Origin: Candidatus Omnitrophota bacterium
Lineage (GTDB): Bacteria; Omnitrophota; Gorgyraeia; Zapsychrales; Fredricksoniimonadaceae
DNA length: 64,000 bases
Assembly: GCA_903944345.1 (NCBI GenBank)
Contig: CAJARJ010000020.1
Location: 18,110-82,109 of the forward strand
Reading direction: 5' to 3'
Part shown: positions 1 to 9,299 of the stretch, in pieces
How positions within the stretch are numbered: the first letter of the stretch is position 1
Layout: each line of letters opens with the position of its first letter
Notes under the pieces: model-generated
The model's input: only the letters and a program-made list of their open reading frames with translations
The model's database searches: none
Told to the model about the DNA's origin: nothing
Made by a program: the position numbers and the translations under genes

Positions 1-813
1 CCCCAGTTCATCCGCCGCCCGCTTCAATTCATCCGGCTTCATCGGACGATAATGCCAGATCGGCACATCTTCCATAAAAGAGATCCCTTTACCTTTCACT
101 GTGTGTGCCACGATCAAGGACGGTTTTCCGGACATTAACGGAAGCCGGGCAAACAACGCACTCAGCGCATCAACATCATGCCCATCAACCTCAGTTACCG
201 CCCAGCCAAAGGCCTTCCATTTCTCTGCCATCGGCTCCATCGGGATGATCTTATCCAAATGATCCATCGCCTGAAGCTTGTTATAATCCACAATGACCGT
301 CAAATTATCAAGCCCAACCGAAGGAGCGAATAAGGCCGTTTCCCAAATACTGCCCTCTTGACACTCCCCATCCCCAATCACTACAAAAACTCTGTATAAT
401 TTTCCATCCTTTTTCCCCGCCAACGCGACTCCGGCACCAAAGGGAAGTCCATGGCCCAATGCCCCAGTCGATGCTTCAATCCCGGGAACCTTATGCATAT
501 CCGGATGCCCGCCAAGGATCGTACCCTTACGTCCGAAAGTATCCAAATGCTCCAACGCAAAAAAACCAAGATCCGCAAGGATCGCATATAACGCCACCCC
601 GCCATGACCCTTGCTTAATATGAACCGATCTCGATCAGGTGCCTTAGGATGTTGCGGATCGACCCTGAGAACTCCATAATAAAGAACCGTCAAAACATCC
701 AGCATGGAGAATGAGGTCGGGAGATGCCCTCCGCCCCCATTGCACATGGTTTTAAAAATACTTTGACGCAACTGACGGGCCTTTGCCCCCAACTGCTCAA
801 TTGATAACAGCAT
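1..813 (-). CDS. Transketolase, N-terminal (TPP-binding) subunit of a split transketolase; the 3' end runs off the window
   Basis: Absent from the ORF track because it is open to the window edge. My translation from the ATG at 813..811 reads MLLSIEQLGAKARQLRQSIF...SKGHGGVALYAILADLG...GIEASTGALGHGLPFGAGVALAGK...VVIGDGECQEGSIWE...HTVKGKGISFMED. The SKGH and GDGxxxEG signatures are typical of transketolase N-terminal sections. Confidence 0.85.
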   Translation of the reverse strand, partial: MLLSIEQLGAKARQLRQSIFKTMCNGGGGHLPTSFSMLDVLTVLYYGVLRVDPQHPKAPDRDRFILSKGHGGVALYAILADLGFFALEHLDTFGRKGTILGGHPDMHKVPGIEASTGALGHGLPFGAGVALAGKKDGKLYRVFVVIGDGECQEGSIWETALFAPSVGLDNLTVIVDYNKLQAMDHLDKIIPMEPMAEKWKAFGWAVTEVDGHDVDALSALFARLPLMSGKPSLIVAHTVKGKGISFMEDVPIWHYRPMKPDELKRAADELG

Positions 814-2443
814 GTTTACCTCTCTTCATGAACGCATAAAACCGCCTGATAGGAAGAAAAAACCGGAAAACCCCCGGACTGATCACCATCCAACGGATAA
901 TCCATAGAAAACGCATCTGATACTTGAACATCTCAAGATCAAAAAAGCGCGGATCAGATCTATCGATAAAGGTCCTTTGAAAGCAGTGCTTACAAATAAT
1001 AAATCCGCGCCAGGCAGATGCAGAATGACTCAAATCCAGATAACAATTCTCATTCAGTCCACCGCAAAAACTGCAATGGATGTTCAACACATGCCGACCA
1101 TCTGGTCTTTTGCCCAGCACAAACACCTTGGCATAAAGAGCTCTTGTGCGATATACGCTCTCAAAAATGGCCTTCTTGTACATATAATCATATTCATCTT
1201 CAGAAAGCTTCGTCATATTATAGTGCCTGCTGCTCGGCGACATATGATGTGTCCGACGATCATCAAGCTTTCCGGACCTCACAAGATCATGATAAAGAGT
1301 TGTTCCTGGATAAGGATGGATGGGCGCAAATATAATATCAATCTTGGGGAACTTTCTGGCAAACGCGATCGTCTCTCCCAGCGTCTCCAATGTTTCCGCA
1401 GGATCACCAAAAATAAATCCCCCCTGAATACACAGTTTCGCCTTGATGCAGCCGAGTATCCCCCGCTCGATCTGAGCAGGAGATATCCCTTTCTTCATAC
1501 TCTTGAGGACCGTCGGACTGGCGCTCTCAAAGCCCATGCTCAACAAATAACAACCAGAATCTTTCAACATCGCCAGCAAATCATCATCCAGCGAAGGCAC
1601 TCGCGCCTGACAAAGCCATGGCAGTCCCAGAGTTTTTAGTTCCCTGCACGCTTCTTTAGCCCTCTTCTTGTCCGTAATGAACATTTCATCGGCAATATAA
1701 AGGATATTGACCTTATATGTCTCTACTAAATAACGAATCTCCGCCATAAAATTGGCGATCGATCTGACCCTATAATTACCGCCCGTGATACGGAAACAAA
1801 ACGTACACTGGCTTACACAATCCCGGCTAGACACGGGAAATGCCGGTCTTCTGACAAAATCATTCCCTTGAATGGCACACAGCTCCTGTTCAACATGATT
1901 AACATACTGATCAAGAAAAACACCGTACTCAAATCCCTCGTAATCCGGAAAAGGCAATTCATCTAAAACCTCGATCAACGGGGTCGGCGGCGTCTTTACC
2001 ACCCGTCCATTCTCGAGAAAAGCGATTCCTGTAACACGATGAAAATCCCCTCCGCTGCCAAGTGCCTTTAACAGCAGATCTGTCGTAACCTCTCCCTCTC
2101 CAAGAACAAGAACATCAGGTCTTAATTCAGGTAATATGAAATCAGGGTCTGCTGAAGCGATCGCTCCCCCCAAAAAAATACAGGCTTTAGGGGCTAATTC
2201 ACGAACTGTCTGAATGATCGCTATCATCTGGGGCATATGAATAAAAAGCCCTCCGGTCCCTACTGCATCATAATTGCACGCCAAAAGAACATCTTTAAGC
2301 TTGGATTCCGGATAATGATTTAAATTCAACGCATCAACAGAATATCCCTTCTGTTTCAAATACGCCGATATATACATCACCCCCAAAGGAATGTGTTGAT
2401 AATTCTCCCGGCCATAATTAGGGACTATCAGCAATATTTTCAT
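797..2443 (-). CDS. B12-binding-domain radical SAM enzyme
   Basis: The N-terminus follows the cobalamin-binding pattern (MKILLIVPNYG...IPLGVMYISAYLKQKGY). It is followed by the CxxxCxxC cluster motif (RDCVSQCTFCF). Confidence 0.8.
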   Translation of the reverse strand: MKILLIVPNYGRENYQHIPLGVMYISAYLKQKGYSVDALNLNHYPESKLKDVLLACNYDAVGTGGLFIHMPQMIAIIQTVRELAPKACIFLGGAIASADPDFILPELRPDVLVLGEGEVTTDLLLKALGSGGDFHRVTGIAFLENGRVVKTPPTPLIEVLDELPFPDYEGFEYGVFLDQYVNHVEQELCAIQGNDFVRRPAFPVSSRDCVSQCTFCFRITGGNYRVRSIANFMAEIRYLVETYKVNILYIADEMFITDKKRAKEACRELKTLGLPWLCQARVPSLDDDLLAMLKDSGCYLLSMGFESASPTVLKSMKKGISPAQIERGILGCIKAKLCIQGGFIFGDPAETLETLGETIAFARKFPKIDIIFAPIHPYPGTTLYHDLVRSGKLDDRRTHHMSPSSRHYNMTKLSEDEYDYMYKKAIFESVYRTRALYAKVFVLGKRPDGRHVLNIHCSFCGGLNENCYLDLSHSASAWRGFIICKHCFQRTFIDRSDPRFFDLEMFKYQMRFLWIIRWMVISPGVFRFFLPIRRFYAFMKRGKHAVIN

Positions 2444-2518
2444 ACACTACTGTCTTTCCCTTACTTGAAAGATTCTCAATATCTTCTCCTGTCCTCCGAC
2501 ACAAGCACCCCCAAAACT

Positions 2519-3826
2519 CTATCTATCTACCTCCGATGGGATACAATAAAGAACAGTCTCCCATTTTTCATAAGAATACGTCCTGCAATAAAACCTGTAA
2601 TCCGGACACATGGACATTAAACGAAGTGGCATTTCAAAAAAGTCCCGATTCCTGTGATAAATACTAAATGCTACCTGGGGACGGAACTTCTTGATCAGGA
2701 CATCCATTCCTTCCAGGATCGCATCCTCCCCTCCATCAGTGTCAACCTTAACAAGATCAACCCTTTCAAGGGAAAGAATGCTTACAAGATCCCGCATGCG
2801 GATAGCCCTGAACTTCTTTGCCCCACCATTCCCGAACCCGGAGGAGTCGACCACGGTATCATTCTGCAAGCCATCCCGACACGCCGTATGTACGTCTCCG
2901 ATGCAGGTCAATTCCACTTCTGCTAGCGTTTCCGAAACGGCACGATCGATAAACTCAAGTCTCCCAGGGAAGACCTTTCCCCATTCACGTACATATGGTG
3001 ACAGCTGCTCATCCCCCGTCGGATCGATATTAAATATTTTTTGAACATCAAAAGACAAAAAATATGGAATTTCAAACCCGCGCCCCACACCAAAGTTCAA
3101 AACAACCGAAAGATTATCCAACTTGATATAATCGATATACTGCGGAAGTTCAATAAGACCGCGATAATAATTCTTCCACTGGCTCACAGCATCACCGAAC
3201 ATAACATTATGGTAAAGATCCCTCGAGAGATCATCAGACAACCGCCGGAAAACCTCTGATATCTGTTGCAGATCAGTCTCTCGAAGATCCATGGAATCAT
3301 CAATAAGATAGCTAATGCCCAGCTTGCGTTCCCGGCTTAAATGATAACCGGTTTTTTCGAGAGCTGGAATAAACCGCAATATCCCGTTCTTGCCAGAACG
3401 ACGAATCCGCCAATGGCTAGCGATGAACCTTGAAGCATCTTTAGTCACCCGCCCATGTACCTGAATATACTTACCCCACATCTGTTCATCAAACTGACCA
3501 TAACGCTCTTGAAGCTGATTTTCAACCAGACGAAAAATGGTATCATGCGTTCCCCAGTAATCCTCCGTGTTATAAACATGCAGGATCTTTCGTCCAGTCT
3601 TAACATTCAGGATATCCGGCTTCGTCGACAGAAGAACGCTGTCTGCCATCAAATCAGAGATGCTCTGCCGATACCCCCTGAATCTAGTTTCGGGATACAA
3701 GTACGAAAGAATCCTTATCAGCTTCTGATTCTCTTCCAGCGGATGCAACGGATCATCATAAATATAATATTCACGAAGCTCTTTAAGATCAGAAAGTTTT
3801 CTTGAAATCATAACATCCCTTATCAC
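2519..3826 (-). CDS. FkbM-family methyltransferase-like protein
   Basis: The C-terminal half has a nucleotide-binding-like stretch (VLNFGVGRGFE). It also has the FkbM-type motif LVKVDTDGGEDAILEGM, compare KiDvEGaE. Confidence 0.55.
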   Translation of the reverse strand: MIRDVMISRKLSDLKELREYYIYDDPLHPLEENQKLIRILSYLYPETRFRGYRQSISDLMADSVLLSTKPDILNVKTGRKILHVYNTEDYWGTHDTIFRLVENQLQERYGQFDEQMWGKYIQVHGRVTKDASRFIASHWRIRRSGKNGILRFIPALEKTGYHLSRERKLGISYLIDDSMDLRETDLQQISEVFRRLSDDLSRDLYHNVMFGDAVSQWKNYYRGLIELPQYIDYIKLDNLSVVLNFGVGRGFEIPYFLSFDVQKIFNIDPTGDEQLSPYVREWGKVFPGRLEFIDRAVSETLAEVELTCIGDVHTACRDGLQNDTVVDSSGFGNGGAKKFRAIRMRDLVSILSLERVDLVKVDTDGGEDAILEGMDVLIKKFRPQVAFSIYHRNRDFFEMPLRLMSMCPDYRFYCRTYSYEKWETVLYCIPSEVDR

Positions 3827-3859
3827 TAACGACCACGCCTCTTTTCAACGCACCATTAA

Positions 3860-4927
3860 TCAGATAAAATTCACATGTGCCGGCGGACGTTTAATCTCCC
3901 ACAAATAACGGTTCACCTCATCCATCCGGCAGTTCAATCGGCAGTGCGACGCATCGAAATCCTGCTCGACCCACCGCAGGGAATCCTTGCGCTTTGGCCC
4001 AGTCCAGATCTCTTCAAAGGTATTCTGATAAATATTGCCGTAAGCAAAACGCTCATCGCCCAGATAAACACTGCAGCCCCACACATTCCCGCCGGCATCG
4101 ATATACGACCAGAACGGAAGCGCTATGCAGCGGTTATAAGGCTTGTGCCCTTCATCCCATTTCTTCATGGTGTTCAGACGAAAAATGACCTGAAAGTCTG
4201 ATGCATTCTCTTTCATCAGTTCGTCCTGAAGATACAAATAATCACTGTATTTCACCTGGCTATAAACATTCGTCTGACTTTGGGGATGCTGGGAATACGG
4301 CTTGATCACCAGATAATCCAGTCCAAGGTTCCGGGCCAATCGTGCCAGCGCCACGGCCTCATGATGATTGTCAGGCAAAAGCAGAAGCTGCATGCCGATT
4401 GTGCAGGAATATTTGTTCTCCCGTCGGATCCTCACCGCTTCCTTCAGATTCTCCATCAGACGGGGAAAGTCATTCTCGGTCGTGCGATGAATCTTGGCAT
4501 ACGTGGATGCCGTTGCCCCGTTGATACTGATCTTAATCCATTCCGTAACGCCCAGAATCTTTTCCGAGATTTCCTTCTTCATCAGAACACCATTGGTCGT
4601 GAAAGCCGTATCGATCCCGCTCTTTTTAGTATGCTGCGTAATCTCCACCATATCTTTGTGCAGAAAGGGCTCGCCCTCGCCGGCAAACATCATGCTCCGC
4701 AACCCCAGTCGCCCCAACTCCGACAGTCTTTCTTTCAAAAGCCCTGTTTCCAGAAACCGCCGCTGGTATTCCATGAAATCAAGTGCACAATACACGCACC
4801 GGTGATTACATGCTCCCGCTGGACTTATCTCCATATAAAGCGGATACATCGTCTTCCCCGCCTTCCATTCCGCCAGGCGATCCACATGGTACATCAACTT
4901 GTGGCTGTCGATTTTGTACTTGTCCAT
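3860..4927 (-). CDS. Radical SAM protein with a Cys-rich SPASM/twitch-like C-terminus
   Basis: GACNHRCVYCA is a CxxxCxxC motif. C-terminal cysteines are present (CIALPF...WGCSVY...HCRLNCR). Confidence 0.75.
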   Translation of the reverse strand: MDKYKIDSHKLMYHVDRLAEWKAGKTMYPLYMEISPAGACNHRCVYCALDFMEYQRRFLETGLLKERLSELGRLGLRSMMFAGEGEPFLHKDMVEITQHTKKSGIDTAFTTNGVLMKKEISEKILGVTEWIKISINGATASTYAKIHRTTENDFPRLMENLKEAVRIRRENKYSCTIGMQLLLLPDNHHEAVALARLARNLGLDYLVIKPYSQHPQSQTNVYSQVKYSDYLYLQDELMKENASDFQVIFRLNTMKKWDEGHKPYNRCIALPFWSYIDAGGNVWGCSVYLGDERFAYGNIYQNTFEEIWTGPKRKDSLRWVEQDFDASHCRLNCRMDEVNRYLWEIKRPPAHVNFI

Positions 4928-4935
4928 AACACCTT

Positions 4936-5874
4936 TCAGGAAAGAAGCCTGGTAATATCCTTTAATACCGCCTCAGGCTTGGCCAGTGTGGTGCAGCCAT
5001 CCTTGAAATGAGGACAAATGTTCTCCCGACACGGAAAAAGCTCACAGGAAAAATCCTTGGGATAGAAAGCCACCCCACGTTCATACAAATAGTTTTCCTG
5101 ACAATGCGTTGGTCCGAAAATCACCACAAACGGCTTCTTGAGCGCGATCGCAATATGCATGCCAAAAGAATCGTTGGTCACAAGCAAGCGACATGAATTG
5201 ATCCATTCAAAATAAGCTTCCATATCATTCTGGCCTTGTTGCCAAGATACGGAAAATTTCTTCCCAATCTGCTTCTCGAGTTTTTTCCAATACAACATGG
5301 GCCAGCCCTTTAGCGGCCACTTGTTACCAACAAGATAGTTAAAACCGATATCGAACTTTTCCTTGCCCTTTAGCTGATGCCCGAAAACATATTCCTCACC
5401 CTTCCAATGGGCTCCCACCATGTCAAAAAGGCCTTCCTGCCAATACGCCTTACGGTGACGTTTGCGTTCCAGATCACGACACACATCCAGCACCGCATGT
5501 GTTCCGTCATAGGCTGCCGCCTGACCAGATCGACGATCAAACCGAAAACCATACCGGCGCCAGGCGCTAATAGAATCCGCCAAAGCGCATAATCCCGGAA
5601 CCTTTTCCAGATTGATGACCGTGTCGAACTCCTCCGCCTGCAACTGCAAGACCGAGCTTAAGTCATACCCGAGAATACGATTGATATACGGATTGCCCTT
5701 CAAAATCGGGAAAGCCTTCTCATCGACCAGCCAGGTCACATGAGAATCCTTGTATAGATTAAGAAGAACGGTCGTACGCAACACATCCCCATAGCTCGTG
5801 AAATTGCTAATATCCGCATCCAGAGTCTCGGAATACCCCACCTTGATAATCAAGACCTTATGTTTCTTTTCCAT
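4936..5874 (-). CDS. Glycosyltransferase family 9 (heptosyltransferase-like)
   Basis: KVLIIKVGYSETLD lies at the N-terminus and NDSFGMHIAIALKKPFVVIFGPT near the C-terminus; both are GT9 hallmarks. I trimmed the start to the ATG at 5874 (MEKKHKVLII) to limit overlap with the upstream gene. Confidence 0.7.
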   Translation of the reverse strand: MEKKHKVLIIKVGYSETLDADISNFTSYGDVLRTTVLLNLYKDSHVTWLVDEKAFPILKGNPYINRILGYDLSSVLQLQAEEFDTVINLEKVPGLCALADSISAWRRYGFRFDRRSGQAAAYDGTHAVLDVCRDLERKRHRKAYWQEGLFDMVGAHWKGEEYVFGHQLKGKEKFDIGFNYLVGNKWPLKGWPMLYWKKLEKQIGKKFSVSWQQGQNDMEAYFEWINSCRLLVTNDSFGMHIAIALKKPFVVIFGPTHCQENYLYERGVAFYPKDFSCELFPCRENICPHFKDGCTTLAKPEAVLKDITRLLS

Positions 5875-6763
5875 CAGACCTCGCCTTGTTCTCATCAAAC
5901 CGAATATCAACTGATGTATACCCGAACTGCTGGTAATGGTTATTCTTGATCTTCACATCACACTCGCTGCACAAACCAAAATTCGGACACGGCAGATGCG
6001 TGCTCGGGAACTCAAAATGCGAGGCTGTGATATTCCCTAACGCGCGCTCCCGACGGTTGAAATACAAATCCGAATGACAAAGATAAACCATGCCATCCGG
6101 CGCCACGGGCATAACTGTATTGCGACATGTGACCTCAATGCCCTGCCGCCTTCCATCTACAGATCCCGGATATTTGAGCTGACCATACATCTTGCCGTCA
6201 TAAAGCCCCAAAAAATCCTTAGCGCGCAATTCTACGCCTTTTTCTTTTGCGTAAACCTTCATAAAAGAGATCTCATCCTCAGACAAAGCAGGATGCGTTA
6301 AATAATACAATCCGATACTGAGAATATCATTCAGACCCGCAATGCGATCCACCAGCTCTTTGAAATCATTCTGCCCTTTGTGAAAACTCACCCGAATTGT
6401 CGGGTATGGTGCCGGACGCTTATTCCAGTCCAACGTCTTCAACTTCAGGAAATATTCCCGGTTCAGAAACGGCGGCAACGCGGTCATGATATCGACCTTA
6501 TGCCGCACATTCTCCATAATCTCGGCAATCCCCTTGTAGAGGAACGGTTCCCCGCCCTGAAGCGAAATAGGCACATCTGTGGGAAGTTCGAGCCGGTTCA
6601 ATGCTTTTATCCACTGATCAGGCGACAAATAAGACGCATCCGGCTGTCCAATAAATTTCGATCCATGATGACTCGTGATGCAATACGGACACTTAAGAAA
6701 ACACTTATCCGTCAGATAAATACCAACGTAATCATAATCTGGAGGGAATATTATTTTTTCCAT
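5858..6763 (-). CDS. Radical SAM protein (SPASM-like C-terminus)
   Basis: YLTDKCFLKCPYCI is a CxxxCxxC motif. The C-terminal Cys cluster is LCHSDL...PCPNFGLCSECD. The start is placed at the ATG at 6763 (MEKIIFPP), which has an AGGA-type RBS upstream; the ORF-track start is 6859. Confidence 0.7.
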   Translation of the reverse strand: MEKIIFPPDYDYVGIYLTDKCFLKCPYCITSHHGSKFIGQPDASYLSPDQWIKALNRLELPTDVPISLQGGEPFLYKGIAEIMENVRHKVDIMTALPPFLNREYFLKLKTLDWNKRPAPYPTIRVSFHKGQNDFKELVDRIAGLNDILSIGLYYLTHPALSEDEISFMKVYAKEKGVELRAKDFLGLYDGKMYGQLKYPGSVDGRRQGIEVTCRNTVMPVAPDGMVYLCHSDLYFNRRERALGNITASHFEFPSTHLPCPNFGLCSECDVKIKNNHYQQFGYTSVDIRFDENKARSDGKET

Positions 6764-6901
6764 GATCGAGCCTATCCTGTCCCGTGTGTCCTTATCATCA
6801 AAAAATACTTTACCAGGCCTCAAAATACAAAAACGGCAGTTCCAGCCGCGACCAGACACTTCAGAGGCCGTTTGGCAGAATCTTTGTTATCCTGTTAATC
6901 T

Positions 6902-7465
6902 TCATACACCTGCCACCATCGACTGCCCCACTAGTGCTGAACTTCTGGCCAACTCCTCAATAACATTAACCACACGCAAAACTTCAGACCCATCGGAAAC
7001 AGCTTGCTCACGGCAAACAAGCACAACACCATCCATCATCGTCTTAACCAAGGCTTCTGTCCGCATCATTTCAACACCATCCCCGTACGATTCCCGGGCT
7101 GTCAGCTCAATAAGCCCCGCCAGATCCGAATCGCCCAAAATATAAAATTTCCGCACACCCGTGTCATGCTCAGCTTTAAGAAGCGCCGCAAGACTCTTTT
7201 TAACCAACCCGATAGAATGAACCGTTTTGATCGTATACCGCACCGACTTTTGCATCTTCTCCGCAAAGCCCTTGGGGGTCAACAAATACTCGACTTTCTT
7301 CTTGTTGAGCTGGCGGATACGAATATAGCCCTTGGTGACCAGGCGGCGGATCAAAAGATTGGTCATGCCCAGAGACAAGTTCATCCGCCGCGAAAGAACG
7401 CGTTGATTGGCCCCCAGGTCACCACCAATAATATTGATCAGTTCAAATTCGCGTTCATCCAGCAC
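6902..7465 (-). CDS. Winged-helix (MarR-like) transcriptional regulator with an uncharacterised C-terminal domain
   Basis: The N-terminal 70 aa (FELINIIGGDLGANQRVLSRRMNLSLGMTNLLIRRLVTKGYIRIRQL...YLLTPKG) follow the wHTH recognition-helix plus wing pattern. Confidence 0.55.
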   Translation of the reverse strand: MLDEREFELINIIGGDLGANQRVLSRRMNLSLGMTNLLIRRLVTKGYIRIRQLNKKKVEYLLTPKGFAEKMQKSVRYTIKTVHSIGLVKKSLAALLKAEHDTGVRKFYILGDSDLAGLIELTARESYGDGVEMMRTEALVKTMMDGVVLVCREQAVSDGSEVLRVVNVIEELARSSALVGQSMVAGV

Positions 7466-7508
7466 AGATAAAACCTGTTGAAAGTGTTGAAACTTCTAAA
7501 AAAGACCG

Positions 7509-7529
7509 ATTGTTCATTTACTGAACAAT
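7509..7529. promoter_or_regulatory. Perfect 8-bp inverted repeat (ATTGTTCA-N5-TGAACAAT), a candidate operator upstream of the wHTH regulator gene
   Basis: Read directly from the sequence. It lies 44 nt upstream of the regulator start codon (7465), in the 223-nt intergenic gap. Confidence 0.3.
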
Positions 7530-7688
7530 TATAGGCACTCCCCCAGGAAAGTCAAAGCTTTAGAAATACAAAATTTACAAAGTCAAAACGGCATGATTGA
7601 AATAGCGGGAAAGTAAAGGAATAAATGCCAGAACCGCAATGCGCCCGGAAAGAATCGGTCGCCATGATTACTAAATTATCGCTTAGAG

Positions 7689-9134
7689 TCATAGACAACA
7701 GGAATAATTCCGAGCTTTGGCGTCAAATGTTTTATTGTAAGAGTTATAAAAAGCGACGATCTGCTCGATATCCTCCCCCGTAAACTCATTCGTTCTGTAC
7801 CCTAATGATGGTCCTGTTTGGTGCGCTCTAAGAAAATCCGAAAAATTTCTTCTATCCGTCGTGATGCCATATTCTTCGGCATCAAGATTCCAGGGAGAAC
7901 ACGGTTCCATTTCAATACAACAGGCCTTGATATTGATTTGTTTAAATTGCATCCTGAGCAGCCTGATTAGTTTCAAAGTTTCTTTAATGTCATCCCTGGT
8001 TTCAGAAGCCAACCCGGCCGTGAAGAAAACCCGTACTTTAATATCTCTCAAAAAAACATATTTTAGAGTGTCCAGCAGCTCAGTATTGGAATAATAGTAC
8101 CCTTTATTTTGCCTTCTCACCCTTTGAGAACCGCATTCAGGAGAAATTTCCAGAACAGAAGAACATAAGTCAAATGTCATGGCAAACTCATCTATGAATT
8201 GTCTGGAAGGAAGGGCCCAACATTCGAACCCCAAGTTCAGTTTAAGCCCCTCGGCCCGAATCTTTCTAAACAGCTCAATATAGTAATCACCTTTGGGAAG
8301 CGGGTCAAAGCAAGTATGCCATCTTGTGATCCCATATTCATGGCTAGCCCTCTTCAGTTCTCGGACAACCGCACCTTGACTTATAAAAATAATTTCTGAA
8401 CGATGATTGATTATTTTCTGTGCGACCCTTGAACCTCCGCAAAAAGAACAGTTCACAAGACAGCCGCGGCCGCAGTTGTAATAAAAAGTAGCCGGAACAT
8501 TTGATAATAAACCGTCTGCCTTGTTCAAAGGATCCTCAACTCTTAAATAATAATCATAATTCTTGAGGAATTTAAAGTTGGCGAACTCCATAGCATCGAT
8601 AATTTGCTGAGTCGTATTGTACGTTAACCTACTTGACAGAACGGCTCCCCCCTCGCGAAAGAAAAGATTGGCAACCAGATGAAAATCTTTATTTCCAGAG
8701 AAAATCCGGACGAGCAAATCAAGCAAAGGCTGTTCGGATTCCCCGGTTATAATAAAATCAATTTCAGGGAAGCTGGCCATAATCTCCGCGGCATAATAAG
8801 ATGCGGTAAACCCTCCGAGAATGATTCTTGAGCAAGGAATCGCTTCTTTCAAAAGCCTGCAAAGCTCCATCACTTTTACGGATTGACTATGCCAATGAAG
8901 ATTTAGACAGAATACAGTGCGTTTGTTTTCAATTAAATAAGCAGCCAAATCAAAATCCGGATTTAAAATTCTCTCCAACTCCACATTTAAGATCTCACTC
9001 AAGATATAATTTCTGTCAAGAAAACTTGCCAACCCAACCATGCCGATGGGAATTAACGGCGTATATACTGTTTTATCATCCTCAGCAGATGTATGAATAA
9101 AAGTAACCGTATTATCAGTCCTCATATCAGCCAT
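7689..9134 (-). CDS. B12-binding-domain radical SAM enzyme
   Basis: The N-terminal layout is B12-binding-like. The radical SAM motif is CGRGCLVNCSFCGG. Confidence 0.8.
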   Translation of the reverse strand: MADMRTDNTVTFIHTSAEDDKTVYTPLIPIGMVGLASFLDRNYILSEILNVELERILNPDFDLAAYLIENKRTVFCLNLHWHSQSVKVMELCRLLKEAIPCSRIILGGFTASYYAAEIMASFPEIDFIITGESEQPLLDLLVRIFSGNKDFHLVANLFFREGGAVLSSRLTYNTTQQIIDAMEFANFKFLKNYDYYLRVEDPLNKADGLLSNVPATFYYNCGRGCLVNCSFCGGSRVAQKIINHRSEIIFISQGAVVRELKRASHEYGITRWHTCFDPLPKGDYYIELFRKIRAEGLKLNLGFECWALPSRQFIDEFAMTFDLCSSVLEISPECGSQRVRRQNKGYYYSNTELLDTLKYVFLRDIKVRVFFTAGLASETRDDIKETLKLIRLLRMQFKQINIKACCIEMEPCSPWNLDAEEYGITTDRRNFSDFLRAHQTGPSLGYRTNEFTGEDIEQIVAFYNSYNKTFDAKARNYSCCL

Positions 9135-9299
9135 AAATCCTTAATAAGTCTCAACAGGAAGACGTCAGGGCCCCCTTCTTGCCACGCGGAAAGCAATACA
9201 TATTGAATTAAATTATAACGAAGAAAGTTAAGAACTGATATTATAATCTCATGTAATGTGGCTCTCTCAGACAATTCCGATACCAAAACCTGAAATCCT

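Noticed and set aside
381-605. A 74-aa minus-strand ORF listed in the track.
   Set aside because: It lies in a different frame inside the clearly coding transketolase N-subunit gene (1-813).
9135-9299. A divergent promoter region containing a TATAAT hexamer at 9242-9247.
   Set aside because: No acceptable -35 element lies at 16-18 nt spacing and there is no extended -10. The evidence is too weak to call a promoter, although the divergent gene arrangement means promoters must lie here.
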